Shown in pieces: positions 45,205-55,220 of a stretch of 64,000 nt of DNA. Position numbers and translations under genes: made by a program. Each line of letters opens with the position of its first letter. Within the stretch, counting starts at the first letter, position 1. The DNA is taken from contig JAWLHY010000016.1 in assembly GCA_041690135.1 (NCBI GenBank), forward strand, positions 125,906-189,905, given 5' to 3'. The notes beneath the pieces are model-generated. The model was not told where the DNA came from and did not search any database. It worked only from the letters and a program-made list of their open reading frames with translations. The DNA comes from Armatimonadota bacterium (GTDB lineage: Bacteria; Armatimonadota; SYMT01).

Positions 45205-47766
45205 TCAATGCTGTAACAGGAATTCCTGGGAGTTCAGAAGGGTCCAGAGCAGGTCTTCGAACCCCTCGCGTTTCTTCTCGGCCTCCTGCAGGAAGCCGAG
45301 GGCCGCGGCCAACTCCTGGGGTGTTGGGTAGCGAGACAGCGTACCCGCGTACAGGCGCCGGATGATCTCCGCGTCCGGCTTCCCCGCTTTGACCAGTGTC
45401 GCCACCACGCCGTTGTCGTCGCTGATGCGCCCCTGGATATAGTCGCTGTTGACCAGGAAGAGGGTCTGCGTGAGATTGGGGCTGTTGCTCCGCTCGCATT
45501 CACACGTCGTCGCGCGGGCTGTCCGGCCGAAGGTATCCAGGAGGCTGACGCGGGCCAATCCCGGGTCCGGCAGGGAGATGGCCCGGTAACCGGCCGGGAA
45601 ACCCGAGAATTTTTCGGGACGTCCGGTCGCCTGGCCGATCGCATCCAGCAGTGGCTCCGCCATCAGGCGACGGGCGCGGTAGTAGGTGTAGAAACGGTCG
45701 TCCCGTTCGTTCGCCGGGGTGGGACGAGAGGACACCTGATAGGCCCGCGAGCTGACGATGGTACGCATCAGGTGTCGCAAGTCGAAGTTATGCTGTACGA
45801 AATCCCGTGTGAGGGCATCCAGGAGTTCTGGATGGGTGGGGGGATTGGAGACGCGCACGTCATCCACCGGCTCCACCAACCCGCGGCCCATCAGCCGGGC
45901 CCAGACCCGGTTGACGATATTTCGTGCCACGAACGGGTTCTTCGGGTCTGCCAGCCAAACCGCCAGCGCCCGGGGGCGCTCCTCCCCTGCTACCCGAACA
46001 GGATCACTGCCCAGCGGGGTCGGCGCCAGGCCCACGGCAGTACGGGGATGCTGCACCTGGCCCTCGGCCGTGTGGAGGATCAGGAGGTCCGTTTCCGACT
46101 GCTTGCGCTTGATGCCCGGGAAGAAGGCGGCCAGTCCATAGTAGTCCGCTTGCGTCCATCTTTCAAACGGATGGTTGTGGCACCGGGCGCATTGCATTCG
46201 CACTCCGAGAAAGACCTGGCTGGTAGTCTCCGCCAGATCTTCCGGTGTCTTCGCGGCATTGTAGAAGTTGGCGGCGCCATGTCGCACGGCCGAGCCCCGG
46301 CTGGCAACGAGCTCCCGGACCATCTCGTTGTAGGGCTTTCCGGTCCGCAAACTGGCGCGAATCCAGTTGTGAAGTGCCCAGAGCCCCTTTTCGCCGGAAG
46401 TCTTCTTGGTATTCCGCAGCAAGTCTCCGAAGTAGAGCGCCCAGTAGTCGGTCCATTCCTCGCTGGCGATCAGTCGATCGACCAGGCGTTCACGCGCCCG
46501 ACTAGGACCTGGACTAGAATTAGGAAGGACCTTCCTGCTGCGCCTCTCCCCCGTGCTCTCCGCTCCCCCGCTCCCCTGCGCTTTGCTCGAGGGACCCGCC
46601 TGATGTTCCGCATCGCAGTCCGCAAGGAATGTCTCCACCTGCTCTGGTGTAGGCAGGGTGCCGGTGAGGTCGAGAGAGGCGCGGCGGAGGAACTCGGCGT
46701 CCGTTGCGGGCACGGAAGGAACGAGGCCGAGCCGCTGCCATTCGCGCTGCACCAGGGCATCGATGAAGTTGGTCCGCGGCAGATCGGGATAGCGATCCAT
46801 CCGGGCGAAGGGTGCGGCCACCCGGGCGACGGCTGCCTGGCCCTGGTAGCGGACCACGATCGCGGCGGCGCCTGGGGCGACTGCCCGGGTCAGGCCCTCT
46901 CCGCTAACGGAGGCAACTCCATCGTTGCCGGAGTTGTAAAGGGCCAGGCGCGTCACATCGCGGGTCGAGCCGTCGGAATAGTGCGCGGTCACCTGAAGTT
47001 GTTGGACTTCGGCCCGCTTGAGCAGCCGGTCGCTCGGGGTTACCGCCACCCGGACGACAGAAGGTTCTCCTTCCCGCGGACCTGGAGCCCCCTCCGCTAC
47101 CCACCGCTGGAGGGTTGCGAGAGCAGTCGATCCGGGAGACAGGCGCATGCCTCCGGCGTGGGGAAGCGCCAGAGTTCCTTTCAGCAGCAGTAGACTGCGT
47201 TCCGGAGACACGCGGTTCACCCGTCGCCCGCCCCCTTCGTGCAACAGCGCTGTGTAGTCGGCGTCCGGGTCATAGCCCAGGAGCGACAGGCGAAGACCGC
47301 CCCGGCCGAACTGTCCCCCGTGGCATGCTCCCTGGTTGCAGCCGGCCAGAGTCAATGCCGGGATCACGTCGTTCAGAAAAGAGACCTGCCGCTCCGCCCG
47401 CGAGTTGCGAGCCTCCACGCGGACCGTGGTCTCCACCGTCCGGCTACCCGCGGGCGCGTACCGGATCCGGAGGGCGAACTTCCCGTCGCGCAGGGCGTTT
47501 ACGCGGCCTCCGGTGATGCTCAACGTTTCCTTAGGGGGGAGGTACGTCGCTGTACGGGTAACGTCCAGCCGTCGTCCGTCCGGGTACACGGCGGTAACGA
47601 GGAGTTGCCGTTCGTCGCGTTTGCCGTCGAGTTGGAGTACCGCCGGCGTTACCTGCAGGACGGGTGCCGGGGCCGCCTTCTTCGCGGGACGAACCGCACG
47701 GGGCGCGGCGGATGCGGGAGCGATCCCGATCGCCCCGACGGCGAGAGCGCAGAGGAACTGCCTCAT
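45205..47766 (-). CDS. DUF1549/DUF1553 (PSD1-type) protein with Ig-like (Big_2) domains
   Basis: Signal peptide; GCNQGACHG, FLRRASLDLTG, QCARCHNHP, NRVWARLMGRG, CECER, LLNSQEF. Confidence 0.92.
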   Translation of the reverse strand: MRQFLCALAVGAIGIAPASAAPRAVRPAKKAAPAPVLQVTPAVLQLDGKRDERQLLVTAVYPDGRRLDVTRTATYLPPKETLSITGGRVNALRDGKFALRIRYAPAGSRTVETTVRVEARNSRAERQVSFLNDVIPALTLAGCNQGACHGGQFGRGGLRLSLLGYDPDADYTALLHEGGGRRVNRVSPERSLLLLKGTLALPHAGGMRLSPGSTALATLQRWVAEGAPGPREGEPSVVRVAVTPSDRLLKRAEVQQLQVTAHYSDGSTRDVTRLALYNSGNDGVASVSGEGLTRAVAPGAAAIVVRYQGQAAVARVAAPFARMDRYPDLPRTNFIDALVQREWQRLGLVPSVPATDAEFLRRASLDLTGTLPTPEQVETFLADCDAEHQAGPSSKAQGSGGAESTGERRSRKVLPNSSPGPSRARERLVDRLIASEEWTDYWALYFGDLLRNTKKTSGEKGLWALHNWIRASLRTGKPYNEMVRELVASRGSAVRHGAANFYNAAKTPEDLAETTSQVFLGVRMQCARCHNHPFERWTQADYYGLAAFFPGIKRKQSETDLLILHTAEGQVQHPRTAVGLAPTPLGSDPVRVAGEERPRALAVWLADPKNPFVARNIVNRVWARLMGRGLVEPVDDVRVSNPPTHPELLDALTRDFVQHNFDLRHLMRTIVSSRAYQVSSRPTPANERDDRFYTYYRARRLMAEPLLDAIGQATGRPEKFSGFPAGYRAISLPDPGLARVSLLDTFGRTARATTCECERSNSPNLTQTLFLVNSDYIQGRISDDNGVVATLVKAGKPDAEIIRRLYAGTLSRYPTPQELAAALGFLQEAEKKREGFEDLLWTLLNSQEFLLQH

Positions 47767-49808
47767 TTCGCCACCCCCTTCACCGTGAGGTGGATCAGCG
47801 GCGTGCTGGGATAGGGACGATCGATCCGGTAGTCGTGGCCCATTCCCCGGATGAGGGCGAAGGTGTACTCTCCGGCGGGCAGGTTCTTGGGCAGTTCTAG
47901 TTTAAAGTCCAGTTCGCGGGCTCCCTTGGGTACCGGCATCGTTCCCTTGAATTGGGCCGGCGATCCCCCCAGACTGAAGACGCACTGTACGGCGTTCAAC
48001 GCGAAGGGAGCATCGTAACCGGCTATTCGGTCGATCTTTACGGGGATGGTCAGCGTGTCCCCGGCACTGCCGGCGATGTCCCGCACGGGGGTGTGCAACT
48101 GGAACTCGGTTACGGGGCCCACCGCCGCCACGCATCCGCCGGAGGGTCGCCAGATCGTCTCGCCGTCCTGGTCGCGTTGGGCTCGCGGGAGGGAGCGCTT
48201 CACCAGCGGCTTTCCATCCACCAGAGCTTCCCCTTCCAGATAGAACGGCACGACGGTCCCCGGCTGCGCGTCCGGTGGCGCGGTGATCGTCATCAGCACA
48301 GTGGTCTGCGCCGAAGTGATGATGCCCTCGCTGCCCTGGTACCCGGGCGGAAGGCCCTTCACCCGCACCCGCACCGGACCCTGGAAGCCGTGCTCCCGCC
48401 GGATCAATGCCAGGAAAGCGCCGGTCCCTCCCCCACCCTTGAGCAGGACATTGTCCCACCAGGTCGTCAGGTGGAAACCCTTCTCCAGGCGCGTGATGGT
48501 GACCCGGTAGACGCAGTCCGGATCGCCCCGCCCCGCCACGTCGCGCAGCAGGAAGCTGTACCTACCGGCGGCCGGCGCCGCGAAGTGGAGGGCCGGGTCC
48601 CGGCTGGCGAGACCGTAGGCCAGGCCGGAGTCGTCGTTGCCCGCGACCTGCTTGCCTTTCTCATCCACCACCAAAAGCGTGAGATCCACCGGCGAGGCCA
48701 GGACGCGGTCGGCCAGTACCTCGATGCTCACCGCCTCCCCCTGGGCCAGGTTGAGCGCGAAGGAATCGACGTCCCCTTCCTTCTCCAGCCGCCCGTTGAA
48801 GACCATGCCGACCGCAGCCGGGTTCGCCTGCTGGGCGGAGTCGTTGGGTTCGGCCTCGAGCCGCTCCGGCAGATCGCCCACAAGGAAAGGACGCGTGTTC
48901 GCCAGAGTCTCCAGGGGAGCCACGTTGGAAATGTGATCCGCCTTACCGCCCGCGGCAACGCGGGCCTTCAGGGGAGTGTCGCCGGCCGCATTGCGGATAT
49001 CCACTTCCACGGACTGACCACGCTGCGCTCCGGCGGGATAAATGGAAGTGGCCCAGGGCTTCTCGGTGACGGTGAGGCGGTAGGAAGCCGCGACATTCCC
49101 CTCATAGCCGAGATCGCGCACTTCTACCACGTACTCGCCGTCATTTGGCGCCCGGAACACCAGCAGCGGGTCAGGGGTGTGGAAGTCTTCGCACTCCTCT
49201 ACCAGGCGTCCCCCGGCATCGTAGATGCGCATTACCGGATCGACGTTCCGGCGGCCTCGCCCCTCGCCGACCGAATGCGTCGCATCCAGCACGTAGCTTT
49301 CCACGGCAAGCACCAGCGGCCTACCGGCTTGCGCGTTGAAGCGATAGCAGTCGATGTCTTCCGCGGGGCTGAACCGCCCGTTGACCACCACTGGATGGGG
49401 AATGGACGGCGCTTCGCTTGGGGCGTTGTTGGCCCCCTCTTCCCGGATCTCCGGGAGCCGCCCGATCATGAACGGGACCGGGTCCGTGACTCCAAACTTT
49501 CCCACCAGGCGGATCGAAACCGGACCGAGGGGCGCATCCGGAGCGAGGATGAATTCCGCGCTGGCCTCGGTGCTGCTCACCCCCTTGAGCGAACGGACTT
49601 CAATTCCAGACCCTTCCACCAGTACGCGAGTCGGTGCATCGATGTGCTTGCCGATCAGCGTGATCGGGACGGTCTGCCCCCGCTGCCCCCCGAGCGGGTA
49701 GGCGGCTCGCAGGTCCATCACTTCCGTGATCTTTACCTGGGCCGCTGCGGACCCCATCAACGCGAGAGAGAGGATGAGGACCCCCGAATACTTGAGTCGT
49801 AAACTCAT
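47763..49808 (-). CDS. PPC (pre-peptidase C-terminal)-domain repeat protein
   Basis: Signal peptide; YPLGGQRG, EAEPND, NGR..GDVD, NDD..DP.L.F.AP..G.Y; 4-bp overlap with the next gene. Confidence 0.85.
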   Translation of the reverse strand: MSLRLKYSGVLILSLALMGSAAAQVKITEVMDLRAAYPLGGQRGQTVPITLIGKHIDAPTRVLVEGSGIEVRSLKGVSSTEASAEFILAPDAPLGPVSIRLVGKFGVTDPVPFMIGRLPEIREEGANNAPSEAPSIPHPVVVNGRFSPAEDIDCYRFNAQAGRPLVLAVESYVLDATHSVGEGRGRRNVDPVMRIYDAGGRLVEECEDFHTPDPLLVFRAPNDGEYVVEVRDLGYEGNVAASYRLTVTEKPWATSIYPAGAQRGQSVEVDIRNAAGDTPLKARVAAGGKADHISNVAPLETLANTRPFLVGDLPERLEAEPNDSAQQANPAAVGMVFNGRLEKEGDVDSFALNLAQGEAVSIEVLADRVLASPVDLTLLVVDEKGKQVAGNDDSGLAYGLASRDPALHFAAPAAGRYSFLLRDVAGRGDPDCVYRVTITRLEKGFHLTTWWDNVLLKGGGGTGAFLALIRREHGFQGPVRVRVKGLPPGYQGSEGIITSAQTTVLMTITAPPDAQPGTVVPFYLEGEALVDGKPLVKRSLPRAQRDQDGETIWRPSGGCVAAVGPVTEFQLHTPVRDIAGSAGDTLTIPVKIDRIAGYDAPFALNAVQCVFSLGGSPAQFKGTMPVPKGARELDFKLELPKNLPAGEYTFALIRGMGHDYRIDRPYPSTPLIHLTVKGVAK

Positions 49809-49846
49809 TCCCTGCTGACCTTACCGGCGTAACGCCCTTCCGCAGC

Positions 49847-49864
49847 TTCTAAAACGATTGAGAT
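49847..49864. promoter_or_regulatory. Putative LacI-family operator (copy 3)
   Basis: TTCTAAAAC/GATTGAGAT, 14/18 identical to the perfect copy, about 40 bp upstream of the PPC gene. Confidence 0.65.
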
Positions 49865-49911
49865 GCCGTTGCCGCCGCATAGTTTCGCTTTTCAGCGGCT
49901 CCACAACGCGA

Positions 49912-49941
49912 ACCGGCCCCGTGTGTGGACACGGGGCCGGT
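49912..49941 (-). terminator. Stem-loop after the DUF1559 gene
   Basis: ACCGGCCCCGTGT-4nt-ACACGGGGCCGGT perfect 13-bp inverted repeat. Confidence 0.7.
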
Positions 49942-49954
49942 AGGTGTGTAGCGC

Positions 49955-50710
49955 TCAGGGCGCAGAGGGGTTAACGCCGTACCGCGGCCACCAGAGCCAT
50001 TCCGCCTCCGGCCGTGTGACCTCTGCCCCTCTGCCATCACCGGCGCCGTAGATGGCGAGGTTTTGCCAGCGAATCCACTTGACGTGCCCATCCAGGAAAC
50101 CAATATTGCTGCCGCCGTGATGCCGGGTGTACTGATCTCCCGGCTCCAACGGGCCGCCGTCTCCCCAGGGGAGAAGAATGCGGCTCCGGTTCTCGTTGGC
50201 GAAAGCCATCGCCGCCGCCCATCCGAAGGCGATGGAAGCGTCTCCGAAAAGGGCGACCCGTGCCGGTTGCGGACAAATGCCGGCACTGGCCGGCCCCGCT
50301 CCGCTCGACATCGGAAAGCTCTGGGTCAATGTGAGGCCCTTGGGGGGGTACTGTCGCCCAGAGCTACCGATACTGCCGGTGAGCTTGAAGCGCGCGCTCG
50401 GGCAGTTGTACACGTCCTCGTTCTTGGTGTAGGGCGTGATGGCTTCCCACCAGCAGAGCATCGCGGGATTGTGACCGCAGTAATTGAGTGGCCAGGCCGT
50501 GTTCGCATAGCCGACGGGACCCTGGTCGTCGTAGTCCGTGAAGTACATCATGAAGCCCATCGACACCTGCTTGCAGTTGCTGAGGCAAGAGGTCTGGCGG
50601 GCCTTCTCCCGCGCCTGGGCAAACACGGGGAACAGGATGGCTGCAAGAATAGCTATAATCGCAATCACGACTAGCAGTTCGATAAGGGTGAAGCCGGATC
50701 TTCGTCGCAC
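49955..50710 (-). CDS. Prepilin-type N-terminal methylation domain protein (DUF1559, H-X9-DG)
   Basis: [39 protein letters not shown]; [16 protein letters not shown]; AGGAGG RBS before GTG 50710. Confidence 0.95.
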   Translation of the reverse strand: MRRRSGFTLIELLVVIAIIAILAAILFPVFAQAREKARQTSCLSNCKQVSMGFMMYFTDYDDQGPVGYANTAWPLNYCGHNPAMLCWWEAITPYTKNEDVYNCPSARFKLTGSIGSSGRQYPPKGLTLTQSFPMSSGAGPASAGICPQPARVALFGDASIAFGWAAAMAFANENRSRILLPWGDGGPLEPGDQYTRHHGGSNIGFLDGHVKWIRWQNLAIYGAGDGRGAEVTRPEAEWLWWPRYGVNPSAP

Positions 50711-50855
50711 GGTGTCCTCCTTGTGAGGCGCCGCCATTCTTCGGAACGGCCGAGCCCGAGCGGGGTCTCGACACGACCTGCGGAATGGCTCGATCGCTGT
50801 ACGCCTGGCGATCTACGGTTAGAGGCCGGTGTTTGGCCGGCGCATCCCCAACACG

Positions 50856-50873
50856 CTCTCAATCGATTGAGAG
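50856..50873. promoter_or_regulatory. Putative LacI-family operator (perfect palindrome)
   Basis: CTCTCAATCGATTGAGAG, perfect 18-bp palindrome with central CG. Confidence 0.75.
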
Positions 50874-50960
50874 AATCGGATTGACAGAGAGTTTCACCTG
50901 GAGATTGCGGATATCCTTTTCCAATTTGATCGAGGCGACGTCATTTTTTTCACTTGACGC

Positions 50961-52694
50961 TCACGGCCCGGCTATCTCGTGGTAGCGGCCTGCAGCAAGC
51001 CCTTCCACCACCTGTTCTGTTCCCCCAGGCCACCGGATCACCACTCGTGCGGCGACCGGTGTTGACCCCAGGCCGAACAGGAGGCGCAGATCGTTCTGCG
51101 AGCAGTAGCCGGACCCGGAGCGTACCTCTTCGACCTGATCCCCGCCCGCACCGCGGACTGTCACCCGCGCGCCGATTGCCGAGCGATTGCCGCTCCGTCC
51201 ACGGAGGCGAAGACCCAACCACTGCCGCTCGTTTCCGCCGTCGTTGCGCAGGAGGATAGGCGGCCCGTTCAACCGCATCATCAGGAGGTCGGGATCACCG
51301 TCATTGTCGAAATCCGCGGTCGCCAGGCCCCGGGCGACGGCCGGCCGCTGGAACGGGGCTCCTACCTGGTCCGACACGTCTTCGAACCGCCCGCCCAGGT
51401 TGCGGTACAGGAGAGGAGGCTGGGCGGCGCCGATGTCGGAGCGGACGCGCCCGATGGTGTCGAACACATGGCCGTTCGCCACCACCAGGTCCTTCCAACC
51501 GTCCAGGTCGTAATCGAAGAGATCCGCGCCGAAACCCAACCGGAGGAGGCTGGGGGTCCCGATGCCGGAATCGACGCTCCGATCGGAGAACAGGCCCTTC
51601 CCCTCGTTGCGATAGAGGCTGTTCATCTCTTCCGAAAAGTTGGCGACCACCAGGTCGAACCGGCCGTCGTTGTCCACATCGCCCGCGTCGGTTCCCATGC
51701 CGGCCTGGGCTTCTCCGTTCTCCCCCAGCCCCACTCCGGCGGTCCAGGTGATGTCCTCGAAGCGCCCTTTCCCATCGTTCCGATAGAGCCGGTTGACGGA
51801 CCCGTCATTCGCCACGTACAGATCGGGGTCACCGTCGTCATCCACGTCGGACCACACGCAGCCTAGCCCCTTCCCGGCTTCGTCCCAAACGCCCGCTTCG
51901 CGGGTGACGTCGGTGAACGTCCCATCGCCGTTGTTCCGGTAGAGCGTGTCCGGCACCCCATCAAACTGGGACGGCGGGCAGTAGGCGGGGACCTTTCCGG
52001 GTAGATAGCACGGGGGCTCCTGGCCGGGCCGGTAACGGACGTAATCCGTCACGTAAAGGTCCAGGTCACCGTCGCCTTCCATGTCCGCGAATGCAGCGCT
52101 GGTGCTCCAGCGGCTGTCCCCTGCTCCCGCCTTTGGCGTTACATCGGAGAAGGTGCCGTCGCCGTTGTTCCGGTAGAGCTGGTTCGGCCCGTAGTGAGTC
52201 AGGTAGAGATCGAGGTCACCATCGTTGTCGTAATCCCCAACACAACATCCCTGCCCGTAACCCACGGAGCGAATTCCGGCACGTTCCGTTACCTCTTCGA
52301 AGCGAACCCCGTCCCGGTTACGGAAGAGGCGACTATCGTTCCGGCGTGGGGCGCCGCCGGGCGTGGCGCCGGAGTCTACCAGGAACAGGTCCACCCAGCC
52401 GTCATCATCGAAGTCGAACCAGCAGGCACCCGAGCCGGTGGTCTCCAGAAAGTGGCGCTCTCCGGTGGCGCCGCTGTGATGCTGGAAGTGCAGACCCACC
52501 TGGGCCGTGAGGTCGGTGAAGCGTACCGGTAGGGGTGGCGGCGCGCCCGGAGACTGCGTGGGGGCCGCCGCACGCGTTGCCGGAGGCGGCGTGCGGCTTC
52601 CTGCGCAACCGATGGCGACCGACAACCATCCCGCCGCCAGGCAGCAGCGGAGCGCGACAGCGCGGACCCCCGGCCTAACGAGGAGAGTTCTCAT
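50961..52694 (-). CDS. CRTAC1-family lipoprotein (FG-GAP/VCBS repeats + ASPIC/UnbV)
   Basis: Lipobox AIGC; repeated DxDxDGDxDL and LYRNxGDGTF; SNRSAIGARV..GSGYCSQN..FGLG. Confidence 0.93.
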   Translation of the reverse strand: MRTLLVRPGVRAVALRCCLAAGWLSVAIGCAGSRTPPPATRAAAPTQSPGAPPPLPVRFTDLTAQVGLHFQHHSGATGERHFLETTGSGACWFDFDDDGWVDLFLVDSGATPGGAPRRNDSRLFRNRDGVRFEEVTERAGIRSVGYGQGCCVGDYDNDGDLDLYLTHYGPNQLYRNNGDGTFSDVTPKAGAGDSRWSTSAAFADMEGDGDLDLYVTDYVRYRPGQEPPCYLPGKVPAYCPPSQFDGVPDTLYRNNGDGTFTDVTREAGVWDEAGKGLGCVWSDVDDDGDPDLYVANDGSVNRLYRNDGKGRFEDITWTAGVGLGENGEAQAGMGTDAGDVDNDGRFDLVVANFSEEMNSLYRNEGKGLFSDRSVDSGIGTPSLLRLGFGADLFDYDLDGWKDLVVANGHVFDTIGRVRSDIGAAQPPLLYRNLGGRFEDVSDQVGAPFQRPAVARGLATADFDNDGDPDLLMMRLNGPPILLRNDGGNERQWLGLRLRGRSGNRSAIGARVTVRGAGGDQVEEVRSGSGYCSQNDLRLLFGLGSTPVAARVVIRWPGGTEQVVEGLAAGRYHEIAGP

Positions 52695-53956
52695 TCCAGG
52701 GCGCCTCCGGGCCGGTCGGGGAGGATACCCATTTCGGAAAGCGCCTTCCGCGCGGCCGTGTGTCCAGGATGGGCGAGCAAGGCCTTTCGGAAGCGCCTCT
52801 GCGCCACCTCCCGCTGGCCCTGCGCCAGGAAGATACGCCCAATACGGTAATGGGCATCCGCATCGCCGGGATTACGCCGGACCCGGGTTTGGAGTTGGGT
52901 CAAATCCAGGCTTGTTTCCAGGAGCGGTTGCACTTCTTTGAGCCGCTGCGCTGCCTCTTCCGTGCGGCCGAGGCGCTGGTAGGCACGCGCCAGGTTCATG
53001 CGTGCCGCGAGGTGCTGTGGATTGCGGTGGACCGTCTGCTCGAATGCCGAAGCTGCTGCCTCCGCATCCCCCATTCGCAGCGCGGCACGACCCAGGTTAT
53101 AGTGGATCAGCGCATCCTCCGGGGCTAGCCGGGCAGCCCGCTCCAGAAGTCCGCGGGCCTTCTCGGTGGCATCGGTAACTCCGGAGTCCTCCAGGTAAAT
53201 CAACGCCCGCACCTGGAGCGCTTCTGCACTGTCGGACTGCAGCGCAATCGCCCGATCGGCCGCCTTCGCCGCTTCCTCCAGCCTTCCCATCCGCAGCGCC
53301 GCGTCGGCGCAGGCGAGGTGCGCGCCGGCCAGCTCGGGTTCGTGCCGGGCGGCTTCCCGGAAGTGCTCCAGGGCTTCTCCGGGACTATCGAGCATCAAGA
53401 GGAACTGACCGAGGAACAGCCGGGGACGAGCACTCCGGGGTGCGAGCTGAACGGCCTTCTCGAATAGTCGCAGCGCCTCGGGGTAGCGATCGAGGTCCTG
53501 GTACAGCTTTCCGACCTCAACCAACAGCCGGGGCTCTTCCCCGGCCAGTCTCTCGGCCGCTGCGGCGGACTCCCGGGCGCCGGCTTCATCTCCCGTCGCG
53601 ATCCGAATCCGGGCGAGGCCAAGACGAAACGGGGCCTGATCCGGTGCCAACCGGACGGCCTGCCGCATGGTAATATCAGCCTCGCCGGCCTGTCCGGCCG
53701 CCAGAAGGGCCATTGCCAGTTGGGCCTGCGCTTCAGGGTTGTTGGGAAGTGCTTCCGCCCGCTGTTTCAGTTGCAGGAGGGCATTCGTTTGGGGCGCGCG
53801 CGAGCCATGGGATGGGTGCGCGGCGGCGGGCAACCGCGCCCGCTCCTGTTCCCAGCGCACCCGCACGAATAGTGCGCCTCCCAGTAAGGGGAGCGCCAGA
53901 AGGCCCAGCGCAAGAAGCTTCCGACCGGCGAACAGGCCCAATGTGGGTGCCGACAT
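52691..53956 (-). CDS. Tetratricopeptide repeat protein, membrane-anchored
   Basis: N-terminal TM followed by many TPR units (A..LAP, LG..Y); 4-bp overlap with the CRTAC1 gene. Confidence 0.88.
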   Translation of the reverse strand: MSAPTLGLFAGRKLLALGLLALPLLGGALFVRVRWEQERARLPAAAHPSHGSRAPQTNALLQLKQRAEALPNNPEAQAQLAMALLAAGQAGEADITMRQAVRLAPDQAPFRLGLARIRIATGDEAGARESAAAAERLAGEEPRLLVEVGKLYQDLDRYPEALRLFEKAVQLAPRSARPRLFLGQFLLMLDSPGEALEHFREAARHEPELAGAHLACADAALRMGRLEEAAKAADRAIALQSDSAEALQVRALIYLEDSGVTDATEKARGLLERAARLAPEDALIHYNLGRAALRMGDAEAAASAFEQTVHRNPQHLAARMNLARAYQRLGRTEEAAQRLKEVQPLLETSLDLTQLQTRVRRNPGDADAHYRIGRIFLAQGQREVAQRRFRKALLAHPGHTAARKALSEMGILPDRPGGALE

Positions 53957-54015
53957 GGGTGAAGGTTCACTCCCGGAACAGCATTCACCGGACCGGCACC
54001 CCTCACCTGCGAGAA

Positions 54016-54033
54016 TTCTCAAACGTTTTAAGG
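54016..54033. promoter_or_regulatory. Putative LacI-family operator (copy 2)
   Basis: TTCTCAAAC/GTTTTAAGG, 12/18 identical to the perfect copy, between the lacI stop and the TPR start. Confidence 0.55.
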
Positions 54034-54038
54034 CCGGC

Positions 54039-55079
54039 TTAACCCCCGGCTCCACAGGAGCGCCGGACCACCAGACGGGGGGCGACAACGACCCGCTGGG
54101 CGCGGTGTTCCGTGCCGGACTGTTGGATCCGCCAGATCAGCACCTCGACCGCCCTCTCGGCCACCTCGGACATCGGTTGCTCCACCGTGGTGAGAGGTAC
54201 CGCCGTGTAGGCGGCTTCTTCCAGACCATCGAACCCGACCAGCGCAATTTCTTCCGGGATCCGGACGCCATGCTGGAAGAGGTACTGCATCGCTCCGATG
54301 GCCACGCGGTCGTTGACGCAGAAGAGAGCCGTTGGGGGCTGGGGCAGGGAAAGTGCCTGCCGCGCCACGTGGTGGCCGTCTTCGAAAGACGGCATGGGGG
54401 CCTGCGGGGAAAGCAGGAGGGTCGGGTCCGGTTCCAGCCCCGCCTCCCGCAGGGCGCGCTCGTAGCCCTGGATGCGGTTTCGAAGGAGGGGCGCCACGGC
54501 GCTGGCGGGTACGGTCAATGCGATTCGGCGGTGACCGAGAGCAAGGAGGTGCCGGGTAGCCAGATACGCGCCCTGCTCGCGGTCGACCGTCACGATGTCG
54601 GCCCCATCCAGTCCGAGATTATCCAGGGTCACCACGGGGAGACCATGATCGGCGAGCCGCTGGATCGCCTGTCGCCCCTCGGGGAAGGCCAGGCCGCGCG
54701 AGCCGAGTACCAGGAGCCCCTCCACCCGCTGGCCCAGAAGGTCATCCACCACTCGCTCCGGATGCTCGGGCTGCCACGCCAGGTCGGTCAGGGTGACGCT
54801 GAATCCATGGGAAAGAATGGCCTCGGCCGCCGCCCGCATTCCTAACCAGGCGATCGGGTGACTGAAGCTGGCTCCGGCGATCCCGATACGGTTGCTGCGT
54901 CCCGTGCGGAGCGCGCGCGCGAACCCGTTCCGGCGATATCCCATCCGGACAGCAGCCTCTTCCACCCGCTGCCGGGTGGGAACGGCAATCCCTCTCGCTT
55001 CCGCCTTGCCGCTGAGGACAAGGGAAACCGTGGTGATCGACAGCCCCGTTTCTTCTGCAATGTCTTTGATGGTGATCAA
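54039..55079 (-). CDS. LacI family transcriptional regulator
   Basis: TIKDIAEETGLSITTVSLVL HTH; ARALR hinge; LGHRRI; VGFD..PLTTV.QP. Confidence 0.95.
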   Translation of the reverse strand: MITIKDIAEETGLSITTVSLVLSGKAEARGIAVPTRQRVEEAAVRMGYRRNGFARALRTGRSNRIGIAGASFSHPIAWLGMRAAAEAILSHGFSVTLTDLAWQPEHPERVVDDLLGQRVEGLLVLGSRGLAFPEGRQAIQRLADHGLPVVTLDNLGLDGADIVTVDREQGAYLATRHLLALGHRRIALTVPASAVAPLLRNRIQGYERALREAGLEPDPTLLLSPQAPMPSFEDGHHVARQALSLPQPPTALFCVNDRVAIGAMQYLFQHGVRIPEEIALVGFDGLEEAAYTAVPLTTVEQPMSEVAERAVEVLIWRIQQSGTEHRAQRVVVAPRLVVRRSCGAGG

Positions 55080-55220
55080 GGGCGTTCCGCCGGGGGTGGC
55101 GCCGGAAGGGAAGAAGCTCCGCGGGAACGGCCGCGGAGAGGCCGACTGCGGTGGAAGCCTAACTGCCGACCCTTGACTGATCTTAACACGCGGATCGCAG
55201 CGCGACCCAGGCCGTGACGG

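Noticed and set aside
47952-49802. Long opposite-strand ORFs (e.g. 47952-49802, 8288-9772, 45772-47193, 22259-23500, 17222-18562)
   Set aside because: Antisense shadows of well-supported genes, expected at high GC; no recognisable motifs
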